Assembly: GCA_009694095.1 (NCBI GenBank)
Contig: SHVV01000002.1
Coordinates: forward strand, 1 to 51,197
DNA length: 51,197 bases
Source of the DNA: Alphaproteobacteria bacterium
GTDB taxonomy: Bacteria > Pseudomonadota > Alphaproteobacteria > SHVV01
Reading direction: 5' to 3'
Shown: in pieces, positions 1 to 10,121 of the stretch
Position numbering within the stretch: position 1 is the stretch's first letter
How the letters are laid out: the number at the start of each line of letters is the position of its first letter
Program-made: the position numbers and the translations under genes
The notes under the pieces: generated by a model
Seen by the model: the letters and a program-made list of their open reading frames with translations, nothing else
What the model was told of the DNA's origin: nothing
The model's database searches: none

Positions 1-1205
1 CCATCTAGTTTTGTCACGCCTTTGATCGTCCGCGTCCACGACTGCCAGGTCGTATCGTCCCAGCTCCCGGGCGGCAGTAGGCGCAACGCCTCGGCGGCAA
101 AGGCAGCGTCCTCGACGATCGGGGTTATCGGCCCGACGACGACGCGCCACCAAACAGCAGCATCGTTTACCGTTTCAATGTTGCCACGAACGGCGAGCCA
201 AAACGCGTCCGACGCTTCGCTCGCCAACCGTGCCGAGACGTTCGCATACGGTAAGCCGCGAACAATTTTAGCGTTGAGAGCCCGCAGTTCAGCCTCATCG
301 AAACGCGCCGCCGAGCGGCCGAATTTGGCAAGATCGATGCTCGTCGCCAATTCGTCGAGCGTCGTCCGCGCGCTCACGCCACGCGAAGTGCCAAGCCCCG
401 CTAAGAGCGAAGTGATCGCCCCTGCCTCGAATCCTTGGTCCCGTAGGCTGCTGGCGCGGAGGCTACCGATTCGTTTCGAAAGACCTTCACCCGCTTTTCC
501 CAGCAGCAGAGCTAGATGGGAAAATATCGGCGGCACTGCACCAAGCACTTGAAAGATCTGAAACTGCGATGCCGTGTTGGCGACATGATCCTCGCCGCGG
601 ATGACATGGCTGATCTTGAGTTCGACATCGTCGACAACGGAGGTCAGCGTATAGAGCGGTCGGCCGTCCCCTCGAGCTAGCACCGGATCGCTGACGTTTC
701 CAGGCGGCATCGAGATCGCGCCTTTGACGGCGTCGGTCCAGCGAATCGGCTCATCATGAAGCTTGAACCGCCAATGCGGTCTACGTCCCTCTGCCTCCAG
801 CGCTAGCCGTTCAGCTGGCGTGAGGTTCAGGGCGGCGCGATCATAGACAGGTGGTTTGCCCGCAGCGCGGCGGGCTTTACGCTTAAGGTCAAGTTCCTGC
901 GGCGTTTCGTAGCACGGGTAGAGACGCCCAGAACGTTTGAGCGTTTCCAACGCCACCACGTATCGGTCAAGGCGCGTCGACTGCACGACCTCCTCACTCC
1001 ATACGAGACCGAGCCACCGAAGGTCGGCTCGAATCGCGTCGGCGTACTCTTGTTTGGAGCGCTCAAGATCGGTGTCGTCGATGCGAAGGATGAACCGACC
1101 GCCATGGCGGCGGGAATACAACCAGTTGATCAACGCGACGCGGATGTTACCGGCATGGAGGTGGCCGGTGGGACTCGGCGCGAAACGTGTGACGACAGCC
1201 GTCAT
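1..1205 (-). CDS. gltX: glutamate--tRNA ligase (3' end cut by window edge)
   Basis: The minus-strand frame is open from ATG at 1205 to the window edge. It is absent from the ORF track because there is no in-window stop. My translation starts MTAVVTRFAPSPTGHLHAGNIR (class I HIGH motif, GluRS-like), with a later GLSKR (KMSKS-like) and an FDEAELRALN-type anticodon-domain motif. The ATG overlaps the nadE stop (ATGA at 1202-1205). Confidence 0.9.
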   Translation of the reverse strand, partial: MTAVVTRFAPSPTGHLHAGNIRVALINWLYSRRHGGRFILRIDDTDLERSKQEYADAIRADLRWLGLVWSEEVVQSTRLDRYVVALETLKRSGRLYPCYETPQELDLKRKARRAAGKPPVYDRAALNLTPAERLALEAEGRRPHWRFKLHDEPIRWTDAVKGAISMPPGNVSDPVLARGDGRPLYTLTSVVDDVELKISHVIRGEDHVANTASQFQIFQVLGAVPPIFSHLALLLGKAGEGLSKRIGSLRASSLRDQGFEAGAITSLLAGLGTSRGVSARTTLDELATSIDLAKFGRSAARFDEAELRALNAKIVRGLPYANVSARLASEASDAFWLAVRGNIETVNDAAVWWRVVVGPITPIVEDAAFAAEALRLLPPGSWDDTTWQSWTRTIKGVTKLD

Positions 1206-2863
1206 TTGCCACCGATGAACGCATTGGTGATCGGATAGCGTCGATCACGTCCGAACGACTTCGATGTGATTTTGACGCCCGGTGGTGCTTGGCGCCGCTT
1301 GTACTCAGCGCGGTAGAGCATGCGTGCAACCCGGCCGACCGTATTGCGATCATGTCCACGAGCAACGATGGCATCGGTCGCCATCTCCCGCTCGACGAGA
1401 CACTCGAGGATGTCGTCGAGCGCCTCGTAAGGAGGCAACGTGTCCTGATCGGTCTGATTCGGTTTCAGCTCCGCCGTAGCCGCTTTGGTGAATATCCGCT
1501 CGGGGATCACGCGCTGCGCGGGTCCGAGACCGCCTTCAGGAACGTGTCCATTGCGCCAGCGGGCGAGCTGATACACGGTCGTCTTATAGACATCCTTCAA
1601 CACCGAGTAACCGCCGCACATATCGCCGTAGAGCGTCGCGTAACCGACCGACATCTCCGACTTGTTGCCGGTGGTAAGGACCATAGGACCGAATTTGTTG
1701 CTGACTGCCATGAGGGCCATCCCGCGAAGACGAGCCTGGATGTTTTCTTCGGTCGTGTCCCACGCACGACCTTTGAATATCGTCGCCATCATCGCGTCGA
1801 GCGCTTGCATGCCACCGTCGATCGAAACCGAATCGATTCGAGTGCTAAGTGCCTTTGCTGCTGCCGTAGCGTCCTCGACGCTGTCACGCGACGTGAATGG
1901 CGAGGGCATGAGCAAGCAGTGCACCCGGTCGGCGCCGAGAGCATCGACCGCGACCGCCGCCGAAAGCGCGGAATCGATCCCGCCCGACATGCCGAGCACG
2001 ACGCTGGGAAAGCGATTCTTGTTTACGTAGTCGCGCAAACCCAACGTCATCGCTTGGTAAATCGACGCTAGACTTGGGATCGGCGCCGCCGGACGTTGCG
2101 GCACGCACCGCCATTGCTTCGCCGCCCGCTCCCACGTCGTTAGCCGAAGATCGTCGCGCCATGCAGGGCATTGGATGGCGAGCGTCCGATCGGCATTGAG
2201 CACGAACGAAGCGCCGTCGAAGACAAGTTCGTCCTGTCCGCCGATCTGATTGACATAGAGGAGCGGCAGATCGGTTTCGGCCACGCGTGCGAGGGCCAAG
2301 TTCAGCCGCGAATCGATCTTGTCGATCTCGAATGGCGAACCGTTGATAACGATGAGGATTTCGGCCCCGGTCTCGCTCAGGCACTCGGCGACGTCGGATT
2401 GCCACATGTCCTCGCACACCATGACCCCCAAGCGAACGCCGCGAAAATTGACCGGTCCCGGAAGCGGACCAGCGGCAAAAACACGCTTTTCGTCGAAAAC
2501 GCCGTAGTTTGGCAGATCGTGCTTGAAGCGCTTGGCAACGACGGACCCGCCCTCGATGAAAAGCGCCGAGTTGTGCAGCTTCCCGCCGACGCGCCACGGC
2601 GCACCGAGAAGAAGAGCGGTCGTTCCGTCCGCCGTCTCCTTGGCGAGCGCACGGACGGCTGAATCGATCGCCTCCTGAAACGAGGGCTTAAGGACCAGAT
2701 CTTCCGGCGGATACCCACAAAGGAACAACTCGCTCATGACGACGAGGTCGGCGCCTTCGTCCCGACCCCAGCGCAACGCCTTGCGAGCGAGTTCGAGGTT
2801 CCCCTCGACATCGCCCACGGTCGGGTTGCATTGCGCGATCGCGATCGCCAAACGGTCGGTCAT
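1202..2863 (-). CDS. nadE: glutamine-dependent NAD+ synthetase (CN-hydrolase plus NAD synthase domains)
   Basis: 553-aa ORF. The N-terminal half is nitrilase/CN-hydrolase-like (VMSELFLCGYPPEDL, MVCEDMW). The C-terminal half carries the NAD synthase PP-loop (VLGMSGGIDSAL). Confidence 0.93.
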   Translation of the reverse strand: MTDRLAIAIAQCNPTVGDVEGNLELARKALRWGRDEGADLVVMSELFLCGYPPEDLVLKPSFQEAIDSAVRALAKETADGTTALLLGAPWRVGGKLHNSALFIEGGSVVAKRFKHDLPNYGVFDEKRVFAAGPLPGPVNFRGVRLGVMVCEDMWQSDVAECLSETGAEILIVINGSPFEIDKIDSRLNLALARVAETDLPLLYVNQIGGQDELVFDGASFVLNADRTLAIQCPAWRDDLRLTTWERAAKQWRCVPQRPAAPIPSLASIYQAMTLGLRDYVNKNRFPSVVLGMSGGIDSALSAAVAVDALGADRVHCLLMPSPFTSRDSVEDATAAAKALSTRIDSVSIDGGMQALDAMMATIFKGRAWDTTEENIQARLRGMALMAVSNKFGPMVLTTGNKSEMSVGYATLYGDMCGGYSVLKDVYKTTVYQLARWRNGHVPEGGLGPAQRVIPERIFTKAATAELKPNQTDQDTLPPYEALDDILECLVEREMATDAIVARGHDRNTVGRVARMLYRAEYKRRQAPPGVKITSKSFGRDRRYPITNAFIGGK

Positions 2864-2935
2864 GGCGGGCTTCTACTGGCTCGGACCTTATCCGCCAAGA
2901 GCCCTCGACGGTGGGATCTGGCTGCGGCCAGTCGG

Positions 2936-4081
2936 TTACCGGACAGCCGAGACCTTTTTGAAGTGCTGCCAGCTGGCGAGAAGGAACTCACGACCGATCT
3001 TGACCGAGGGACGGCCATCGTACTCGACGACGTCTGCGGTGGCATAGGTATCCTCCCAGCGATCGGGAAGGTAGGACCCGGTGCCGATGATGTCGATCGG
3101 CGCCGCCGCCGAAGCCATGATGCGGCATTTTGCCGGATTGAAACCCGAGCTTGCAATGATCTTGACCTTGTCGAAACCGGCATCGTCGAGCACCTCTCGC
3201 AAACGCCAGACCGCCGCCGCGGACACGCCGGTTCCGACCAACCAGCGGAGGCCCGCCTCGGTCCGATATTGCTGAATCGCCTCCGCTTTGTGACGCACCA
3301 AAACAGCGTAGGACTCGCCAGGATCGAGCCCTTCGATATAACGCCCACCGTGAGTGTCGAGCCGAAGCGCGAGCCGCCCTTCGCCGGCGACAGCGGCGAA
3401 ACGGCGACAGACCGCGAGTGAATCGGTGATCTCCTTGCCGAAATAGTCGACGAGAACCACGAGGAGCTCGTCAGGGAAAAGCTCGTACAGCATTTCCGCG
3501 GCGCGTACGGTCGAGCCAGCATAGCCGACGAGCGCATGCGGCATCGTGCCGAGCCCTTCTTTGTTACCGAAATAGCGTGCGTTCGAATCGGTCGCATTAC
3601 CCATGAAGCCGATCGCGCCGACGTCGCGCTGTGCCGCCTGCGATCCTACGCTGGCCGCGTATGCCATCATCTCCGCCATCTCCGCGCCGGCGCAGTGGCG
3701 AGCATCCATGGCGAGAAACGAGACCTTCGGCAGGTCGCGGCACATGCGGTAAGCGTTGTGGGCCGCGACGCAGGCTGGGCCGATCTTCTGCAAGATATGA
3801 GTCTCGAGATCAGCGAGGTCCATCATCGATCCGCTGATGAACGCCAGCGGTTCGCCGCCCCCGACATAGTCGCCCTCGGACTTGGGCATATCGATCGTGA
3901 TCTCGATCTTACGCTCCTTAGCGACCCACTCAAGCCACTCGCGCATCAAGCGCGGAGCCAAGATGATCGGCACTCGCATGAAAATGGCGTAGGTTGCCCG
4001 CACGTCGCCGTGGCGCTCGATGATCTGCTTCGTCTTGAGGAAGTACTTGTCGGTGCCGCGGGTGAAGTCCGGATCAAACAT
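2936..4081 (-). CDS. nicotinate phosphoribosyltransferase-like protein (type II PRTase, archaeal-like short form)
   Basis: 381-aa ORF with an ATG start. It has GTMPHALVGY and VLVDYFGKE motifs typical of the quinolinate/nicotinate PRTase fold. It lies directly upstream of nadE on the same strand, giving an NAD salvage context. Confidence 0.65.
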   Translation of the reverse strand: MFDPDFTRGTDKYFLKTKQIIERHGDVRATYAIFMRVPIILAPRLMREWLEWVAKERKIEITIDMPKSEGDYVGGGEPLAFISGSMMDLADLETHILQKIGPACVAAHNAYRMCRDLPKVSFLAMDARHCAGAEMAEMMAYAASVGSQAAQRDVGAIGFMGNATDSNARYFGNKEGLGTMPHALVGYAGSTVRAAEMLYELFPDELLVVLVDYFGKEITDSLAVCRRFAAVAGEGRLALRLDTHGGRYIEGLDPGESYAVLVRHKAEAIQQYRTEAGLRWLVGTGVSAAAVWRLREVLDDAGFDKVKIIASSGFNPAKCRIMASAAAPIDIIGTGSYLPDRWEDTYATADVVEYDGRPSVKIGREFLLASWQHFKKVSAVR

Positions 4082-4096
4082 CGGCGTTACATGCAG

Positions 4097-5476
4097 TTAC
4101 GACGCCGCGGCGAGCTGCGCGGCTTGGCCGTTCTTCTGCTTTCGGAGCGCCGCGGCGATGAGAAACGCGAGCTCAAGGCTTTGCGAGGCATTGAGGCGCG
4201 GATCGCAATGCGTGTGGTAGCGGTCGGCAAGCCCGCTCTCGGTTATCTCCTGAGCCCCGCCGAGGCACTCGGTCACGTCTTGCCCGGTCATCTCGACATG
4301 GATGCCCCCGGCGTGAGTGCCCTCGGTTTGGTGGATTTCGAAGAACCGGCGTACTTCCGACAGGATGCGGTCGAACGGACGCGTCTTATAGCCAGTCGAT
4401 GACTTAATGGTGTTGCCATGCATCGGGTCGCACGACCACACGACGGCCCGGCCTTCGCGTTTGAGCGCTCGAATAAGCGGCGGTAGCTTGTCGCCGATCT
4501 TGTCCGAGCCCATGCGCGCGATCAAGGTGAGCCGCCCCGGCTCGTTTGCCGGGTTGAGGACATCGATGAGCTTCAGTAGGTCGGGTACCGGCATCGACGG
4601 CCCGATTTTCACGCCCAGCGGATTAGCGATACCGCGCGCAAATTCGACGTGCGCTCCATCGATTTGCCGCGTCCGATCGCCGATCCAAACCATATGCGCC
4701 GAGGTGTCGTAGCAGTCGCCCGACGTCGAATCGACCCGTGTCATCGCCTGTTCGAAAAACAGCAACAACGCCTCGTGGGAGGTATAGAACTCGGTTCGAT
4801 TGACCGCGGGCGTCGTCGCGCCGGTAAGGCCGCTCGCCTCCATGAACGCGAGCGCCTCGGCGATACGATCGGCGAGATCGCGATAGCGTTCACCGGCTGG
4901 GCTCCGTTCGACGAAGCCCAAGTTCCAGCGATGAACTCGATTGAGATCCGCGTAACCGCCTTGGGCGAACGCTCGCAGCAGGTTGAGCGTGGCCGCAGCT
5001 TGGCTATAGGCTGTCAGCAGCCGGTTGGGGTCGGGACGCCGTGCTTCGGCGGAGAAATCGATACCGTTGACGATATCACCGCGATAGCTCGGAAGCTCGA
5101 CGCCGTTTTGAGTCTCGTTCGCGTCGGAGCGTGGCTTTGCGAACTGGCCAGCCATACGGCCGATTTTCACGACGTGGCAGGAGCCCGCGAACGTTAGCAC
5201 AACCGCCATCTGCAGCAAAACCCGGAAGGTGTCGCGGATGTTGTCGGCGCGAAATTCGGCGAAGCTTTCGGCGCAGTCGCCGCCCTGCAGCAGGAACGAT
5301 TTTCCCGCGGCAACGTCAGCGAGACGCGCCTTTAAGAGACGAGCCTCGCCGGCAAAGACGAGCGGCGGGAAACCCGCGAGTTGTTCTTCGACACGCGACA
5401 GGGTGATCGCATCCGGGTAAACCGGCTGCTGCACGACTGGACGTGCACGCCAGGAATCAGGTGCCCACTTTGTCAT
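4097..5476 (-). CDS. class II (plant-like) 3-deoxy-7-phosphoheptulonate (DAHP) synthase
   Basis: 459-aa ORF. The N-terminus ([19 protein letters not shown]), [11 protein letters not shown] and the overall length are characteristic of class II DAHP synthases. Confidence 0.9.
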   Translation of the reverse strand: MTKWAPDSWRARPVVQQPVYPDAITLSRVEEQLAGFPPLVFAGEARLLKARLADVAAGKSFLLQGGDCAESFAEFRADNIRDTFRVLLQMAVVLTFAGSCHVVKIGRMAGQFAKPRSDANETQNGVELPSYRGDIVNGIDFSAEARRPDPNRLLTAYSQAAATLNLLRAFAQGGYADLNRVHRWNLGFVERSPAGERYRDLADRIAEALAFMEASGLTGATTPAVNRTEFYTSHEALLLFFEQAMTRVDSTSGDCYDTSAHMVWIGDRTRQIDGAHVEFARGIANPLGVKIGPSMPVPDLLKLIDVLNPANEPGRLTLIARMGSDKIGDKLPPLIRALKREGRAVVWSCDPMHGNTIKSSTGYKTRPFDRILSEVRRFFEIHQTEGTHAGGIHVEMTGQDVTECLGGAQEITESGLADRYHTHCDPRLNASQSLELAFLIAAALRKQKNGQAAQLAAAS

Positions 5477-5569
5477 TGGCTTATCGCTCGCTTAGAACCT
5501 TGAAACTGCCTGGTTTGTCCAAAACCGCGCTCGTTCCAACCGACAACTCGAATTCTCCGATCTTCACGC

Positions 5570-5598
5570 CATATACGCCGGTACCAGCTATCTGCCAA
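5570..5598 (-). promoter_or_regulatory. candidate sigma70-type promoter for the DAHP synthase gene
   Basis: The minus strand reads TTGGCA-N17-TATATG. It lies in the 142-nt gap between the gor stop and the DAHP synthase start, about 95 nt upstream of the ATG at 5476. Confidence 0.3.
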
Positions 5599-5618
5599 GC
5601 AACCCCTACTTCCGGTGG

Positions 5619-7004
5619 CTAGTTGGTTGCCTCCGTCTTGGGCACGTAGCGGTCGCGCATCGTCACGAACTCTTCGGCCGCCGTCGGATGGATGCCGACC
5701 GTCGAATCGAATTGAGCCTTGGTCGCGCCGCACTTCAGCGCTACGGCAAACCCTTGCACGATCTCCCCCGCCTCGGCACCGACCATATGCACGCCGAGCA
5801 CTCGATCGGACTTGGGCTCGACTACGAGTTTCATGAACGTATGTTCGTTGCGGCCCGAGAGAGTGTGGCGAAGCGGCCGGAACGAAGTCTTGTAAACATG
5901 AACGTCACCATAACGCTCCCGCGCTTGCGCTTCGGTCAAACCGACCGTCCCGATCGGCGGCGTACTAAAGACAGCCGTGGGTACGTTCTCATAACTTAGA
6001 TGCCGCCCGGCCGGGCCAAAAAGACGATCAGCGAGCACGTGGCCTTCGTTGACGGCGACGGGCGTCAGCTTGATTCGATCGGTTACGTCGCCGATCGCAT
6101 AAATGTTCGGAACCGAAGTCTCCCATGCTTCATCGATCGAGATCGCACCGCTCGGCGTCAGCCTGACACCCACTTGTTCGAGACCCAGGCCTTGGGTTCG
6201 CGGGCGCCGACCGGTCGCGTAAAGGACCAGATCGACATCGAGCGACGATTCGTCGGTGAGATCGACCGTGTACTCGGACGAACCGTTCACGCTGCGTTTC
6301 GCGATTTCAACGACGTTGGTGCTGGATCGTAGATCGATGCCGCGGCGCACGTATTCCTCGGCAAGATGGCGGCGGACGTCTTCGTCGAAGCCCCGCAGGA
6401 ACAGCGACCCGCGGTAGATCTGGGTTACTTTCGCGCCGAGGCCGAACAATATTCCAGCGAATTCGACCGCGATATATCCGCCGCCGACGATCAGCGCTCG
6501 TTTCGGCATCTCATCGAGGAAAAATGCCTCGTTTGACGTAATGACGTGCTCTTTACCTAGAATGTTCGGAACCGTCGGCCATCCACCGGTCGCGATTAGA
6601 ATCTTGCCGGCCGTAACCTTGCGGTCGCCGACGACGATTGTGTGTCGGTCAAGGAGCGTCGCACGCGCCTCGAAAATCGCGACTTGAGCTGCCTCGAGAA
6701 CTCGTTTGTAGACGCCGTTGAGCCGCGCGATCTCCACGTTCTTGTTCTCGATCAACGTTCGCCAGGAGAAACCGCTCGGTTTGACGGTCCAGCCGAACCC
6801 CGCGGCGTCCTCAAAATCATCGCGGAAATGCGCCGCACACACGAGTAGCTTCTTCGGGATGCAGCCGACGTTGACGCAGGTACCGCCGAAGTAGCGCTCT
6901 TCGGCGATCGCGACTCGAGCGCCGTGGCGACCCGCGATGCGTGCAGCGCGTACGCCGCCCGAGCCAGCGCCGATGACGAAAAAGTCGTAGTCAAACCGGG
7001 CCAT
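5619..7004 (-). CDS. gor: glutathione-disulfide reductase
   Basis: 461-aa ORF. It has the FAD motif FVIGAGSGG, the redox-active GGTCVNVGCIPKK motif and a C-terminal HPTAAEE interface motif. Confidence 0.9.
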   Translation of the reverse strand: MARFDYDFFVIGAGSGGVRAARIAGRHGARVAIAEERYFGGTCVNVGCIPKKLLVCAAHFRDDFEDAAGFGWTVKPSGFSWRTLIENKNVEIARLNGVYKRVLEAAQVAIFEARATLLDRHTIVVGDRKVTAGKILIATGGWPTVPNILGKEHVITSNEAFFLDEMPKRALIVGGGYIAVEFAGILFGLGAKVTQIYRGSLFLRGFDEDVRRHLAEEYVRRGIDLRSSTNVVEIAKRSVNGSSEYTVDLTDESSLDVDLVLYATGRRPRTQGLGLEQVGVRLTPSGAISIDEAWETSVPNIYAIGDVTDRIKLTPVAVNEGHVLADRLFGPAGRHLSYENVPTAVFSTPPIGTVGLTEAQARERYGDVHVYKTSFRPLRHTLSGRNEHTFMKLVVEPKSDRVLGVHMVGAEAGEIVQGFAVALKCGATKAQFDSTVGIHPTAAEEFVTMRDRYVPKTEATN

Positions 7005-7010
7005 TGTACT

Positions 7011-8237
7011 TCACGCTGGTTGAGCGACCGCCACCGAAGGACGTTCACGAATCGGCAAGTGAATGAGAGCGGCGGCGATACCGAGCGCGACGCCCAACCA
7101 CCAGACGATGTCGTACGAACCGGTCCGATCGTATAGGTAGCCGCCAAGCCACACGCCGACGAACGCACCAATCTGATGGCTGAGCGTGACAACGCCAATG
7201 AGCGTCCCAAGGTAGCGTGTGCCAAACATGACGGCGACCAGCGCGCTGGTCAAGGGCACGGTGCTGAGCCAAAGGAGCCCGATCAGCGCCGACGCGGCGT
7301 AGACCGTTGCCGGTGTCGCCGGCAACAGGACGAGAGCAGCGATCACGACCGACCGTGCCGTGTAAATGCCCGACAAAAGAAATCGTTTGGGAAACCTACC
7401 ACCGAGCACGCCCGACAAATAGGCGCCGACGATGTTGAAGAGACCGATCGTCGCGACTGCGTTGGCCGCGTCGGCTGGATCAAGCCCGCGACCGACGAGA
7501 TAGGCCGGCATGTGGACGACGATGAAAGCGACATGAAAGCCGCAAACCAAAAATCCGGTAGTCAGCAACTGAAAGCTTCGCTCACCACGTGCTTGAATAA
7601 GGGTTTGAGTGAGCGTGAGATCGACCGCGCGACCGGCACCGGGAGCGCTCGGCTCTGCCTGGCGGTTCCAAATCGGTATTGCGAGCGGGATACAAAGAAG
7701 AATCATCCCCGCCATGAACAGCGCCGCCGTCGACCAGCCGTAGCTTTCGATGAAAGCCTGACCGATCGGAAGGATCACGAATTGGCCGAGCGAGTTTCCG
7801 GCAATGGCGATTCCCATCGCTAGACTGCGCCGGTTTTCCGGCACTTTCTGGCCAACCGCCGCGAGGATGACGCTCAATCCTGTGGTCGATGCGCCAAAAC
7901 CGACCAGAACACCGGCGCCGATTACGAAATCGGTGGGGGTGGTCGTCATGCCGGTGAGAAGAAATCCGAGCGCGTACAACACCGTTCCGCCCAAGATCAC
8001 CCGGCCAGTGCCAAACTTATCGGAGATCGCACCGGCAAAGGGCGCGCCCACCCCCCACAACAGATTTTGCAGCGCTAGAGCAAACGCGAACGTTTCGCGC
8101 GGCCACTTCAGATCGGTCACCATCGGCAGTTGAAACAGTCCAAAACTGCCGCGAATCCCGAAATTCAACAGCAACACTAATGCGCCGCTGATGACGACCG
8201 CTGTCGTGCCTCGCCACCACAGTTGCTTAGCCGACAT
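7011..8237 (-). CDS. MFS transporter
   Basis: About 408 aa of polytopic hydrophobic sequence with roughly 12 predicted TM segments. I chose the ATG at 8237 (MSAKQLWW, AAGGA upstream) over the TTG at 8267. Only 6 nt separate it from the gor start. Confidence 0.8.
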   Translation of the reverse strand: MSAKQLWWRGTTAVVISGALVLLLNFGIRGSFGLFQLPMVTDLKWPRETFAFALALQNLLWGVGAPFAGAISDKFGTGRVILGGTVLYALGFLLTGMTTTPTDFVIGAGVLVGFGASTTGLSVILAAVGQKVPENRRSLAMGIAIAGNSLGQFVILPIGQAFIESYGWSTAALFMAGMILLCIPLAIPIWNRQAEPSAPGAGRAVDLTLTQTLIQARGERSFQLLTTGFLVCGFHVAFIVVHMPAYLVGRGLDPADAANAVATIGLFNIVGAYLSGVLGGRFPKRFLLSGIYTARSVVIAALVLLPATPATVYAASALIGLLWLSTVPLTSALVAVMFGTRYLGTLIGVVTLSHQIGAFVGVWLGGYLYDRTGSYDIVWWLGVALGIAAALIHLPIRERPSVAVAQPA

Positions 8238-8279
8238 TTGGTGTCCTTGCTTGCCTGGCGGCGCCAAGACGAAACAGAC

Positions 8280-10103
8280 CTACTCGACGGTTACCGACTT
8301 AGCCAAATTGCGCGGCTGGTCGACATCGTTGCCTTTGTGCACGGCGACGTGGTAGGCGAGCAGTTGGACGGGGATCGAATAGAGGATTGGTACGACGAAG
8401 GGATGCACGGCCGGCAATTCGATCGACGCCATCGCCTTGGCGCCGAGCGCGGCTATACCCCTGGCATCGGAGAGCAGGATGACCTTACCGCCCCGCGCCA
8501 TGATTTCCTGCATGTTCGACGCCGTCTTGTAGAACAGATCGTCGGACGGTGCGATCACGATCACCGGCGTATTTTCATCGATCAGCGCGATCGGGCCATG
8601 TTTGAGCTCGCCTGCGGCGTACCCCTCCGCGTGGATGTAGGAAATCTCCTTGAGCTTGAGCGCGCCCTCCATCGCCAACGCATAGGAGGTGCCGCGACCG
8701 ACATAGAGAACGGCACGCGCTTCGGCGATGACCTGGGCGATCGAGCGCAGCGTCGAGTCGTGGTTGAGAACATCGGCGGCACGGGATGGCACCTCGGTGA
8801 GTGCAGCCGTTAGTTTCGCCTTGGTGTTCGCATCGATTGCCCCGCGCGCGGACGCAAAAGCGACGGTAAGGCAGGCGAGCGTGGTGAGCTGGCAGGTGAA
8901 AGCCTTGGTCGAAGCGACGCCGATTTCCGGGCCGGCATGGGTTCGCAGCACAACGCTGGCCTCGCGCGCGATCGTGCTCTCGGCGACGTTGACGACGGCG
9001 GCGACCGGCACGCCCGAGCTCCGCGCGAAACGAAGCGCCGCGAGCGTATCCGCCGTCTCTCCGGACTGCGACACGACGATCAACGCGCTGTCTTTTTGCA
9101 GCGGCGCCTCGCGGTAGCGAAATTCGGAAGCAATATCGACGTCGGTGGGCAGCCGGGCGATTCGTTCGAACCAATACCGCGCGACCATGGTCGAATAGTG
9201 CGCCGAGCCGCACGCGATCATAGTGAGGCGGGAGATGGTAGCCGGATCGAACGGCAACTCCGGCAGGGTGATCCCACGCGCCGTCGGATTGTAGTAAGCC
9301 TTGAGCGTCTCGCCGATGACCGTCGGCTGCTCCCAGATTTCCTTCTCCATATAGTGGCGGTATCCGCCCTTGCCGGTGAGGGCGCCCGACACCGCGGTCA
9401 GTTTGATCGGCCGCTCGACTTTCACGTCGTGCTCGTCGCGAATTTCAGCGCCTTGACGCGACAGAATGGTCCAGTCGCCATCCTCGATATAGGTAATGCG
9501 CTGGGTGAGCGGCGCGAGCGCAAAGGCGTCCGAACCCAAGTACATCTCACCATCGCCCCAACCGATCGCGAGCGGGCTGCCGTGGCGTGCGCCGATCATG
9601 AGATTAGGCTCGCCGGCAAAGATGATCGCCAGCGCAAAAGCGCCTTCGAGCCGCTTGAGCGTTCGTGCTGTCGCGTCGATCGGGCTTTGGCCTTCGGCGA
9701 GGTAGCGCGTGATGAGGTGCGCGACGACTTCGGTATCGGTATCGGACTCGAAATTGTGACCGTGCGCGACGAGTTCGCTCTTGAGCTCTTGAAAATTCTC
9801 GATGATACCGTTGTGGACAACGGCAACGCTGGCGGTTGCATGCGGATGGGCATTGCGCTCGTTGGGAACGCCGTGGGTCGCCCAACGCGTGTGTCCGATG
9901 CCGATTTGTCCGCGAATCGGCATCGTTTGAAGCGTTTTCTCAAGATTAACCAACTTGCCTTCGGCCCGGCGACGATCGATCTCGCCGTTGACGAGGGTCG
10001 CTATTCCGGCCGAGTCGTATCCGCGGTACTCAAGCCGCTTTAGACCCTCAACCAGAAGCGGCGCTGCTTCTCCGTTACTGATAACACCGACGATACCGCA
10101 CAT
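8280..10103 (-). CDS. glmS: glutamine--fructose-6-phosphate aminotransferase (isomerizing)
   Basis: 607 aa. It has the MCGIVG Ntn-amidotransferase start, two SIS domains and the canonical C-terminus KSVTVE. Confidence 0.97.
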   Translation of the reverse strand: MCGIVGVISNGEAAPLLVEGLKRLEYRGYDSAGIATLVNGEIDRRRAEGKLVNLEKTLQTMPIRGQIGIGHTRWATHGVPNERNAHPHATASVAVVHNGIIENFQELKSELVAHGHNFESDTDTEVVAHLITRYLAEGQSPIDATARTLKRLEGAFALAIIFAGEPNLMIGARHGSPLAIGWGDGEMYLGSDAFALAPLTQRITYIEDGDWTILSRQGAEIRDEHDVKVERPIKLTAVSGALTGKGGYRHYMEKEIWEQPTVIGETLKAYYNPTARGITLPELPFDPATISRLTMIACGSAHYSTMVARYWFERIARLPTDVDIASEFRYREAPLQKDSALIVVSQSGETADTLAALRFARSSGVPVAAVVNVAESTIAREASVVLRTHAGPEIGVASTKAFTCQLTTLACLTVAFASARGAIDANTKAKLTAALTEVPSRAADVLNHDSTLRSIAQVIAEARAVLYVGRGTSYALAMEGALKLKEISYIHAEGYAAGELKHGPIALIDENTPVIVIAPSDDLFYKTASNMQEIMARGGKVILLSDARGIAALGAKAMASIELPAVHPFVVPILYSIPVQLLAYHVAVHKGNDVDQPRNLAKSVTVE

Positions 10104-10121
10104 GGTGATGCTCGCGACCGT

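Noticed and set aside
8238-8279. Searched leaders of glmS, nadE, cysQ and the DAHP synthase gene for riboswitch- or ribozyme-like structure.
   Set aside because: The spacers are too short (18-72 nt) or show no conserved riboswitch cores that I can recognise. The glmS ribozyme is not expected in this lineage.
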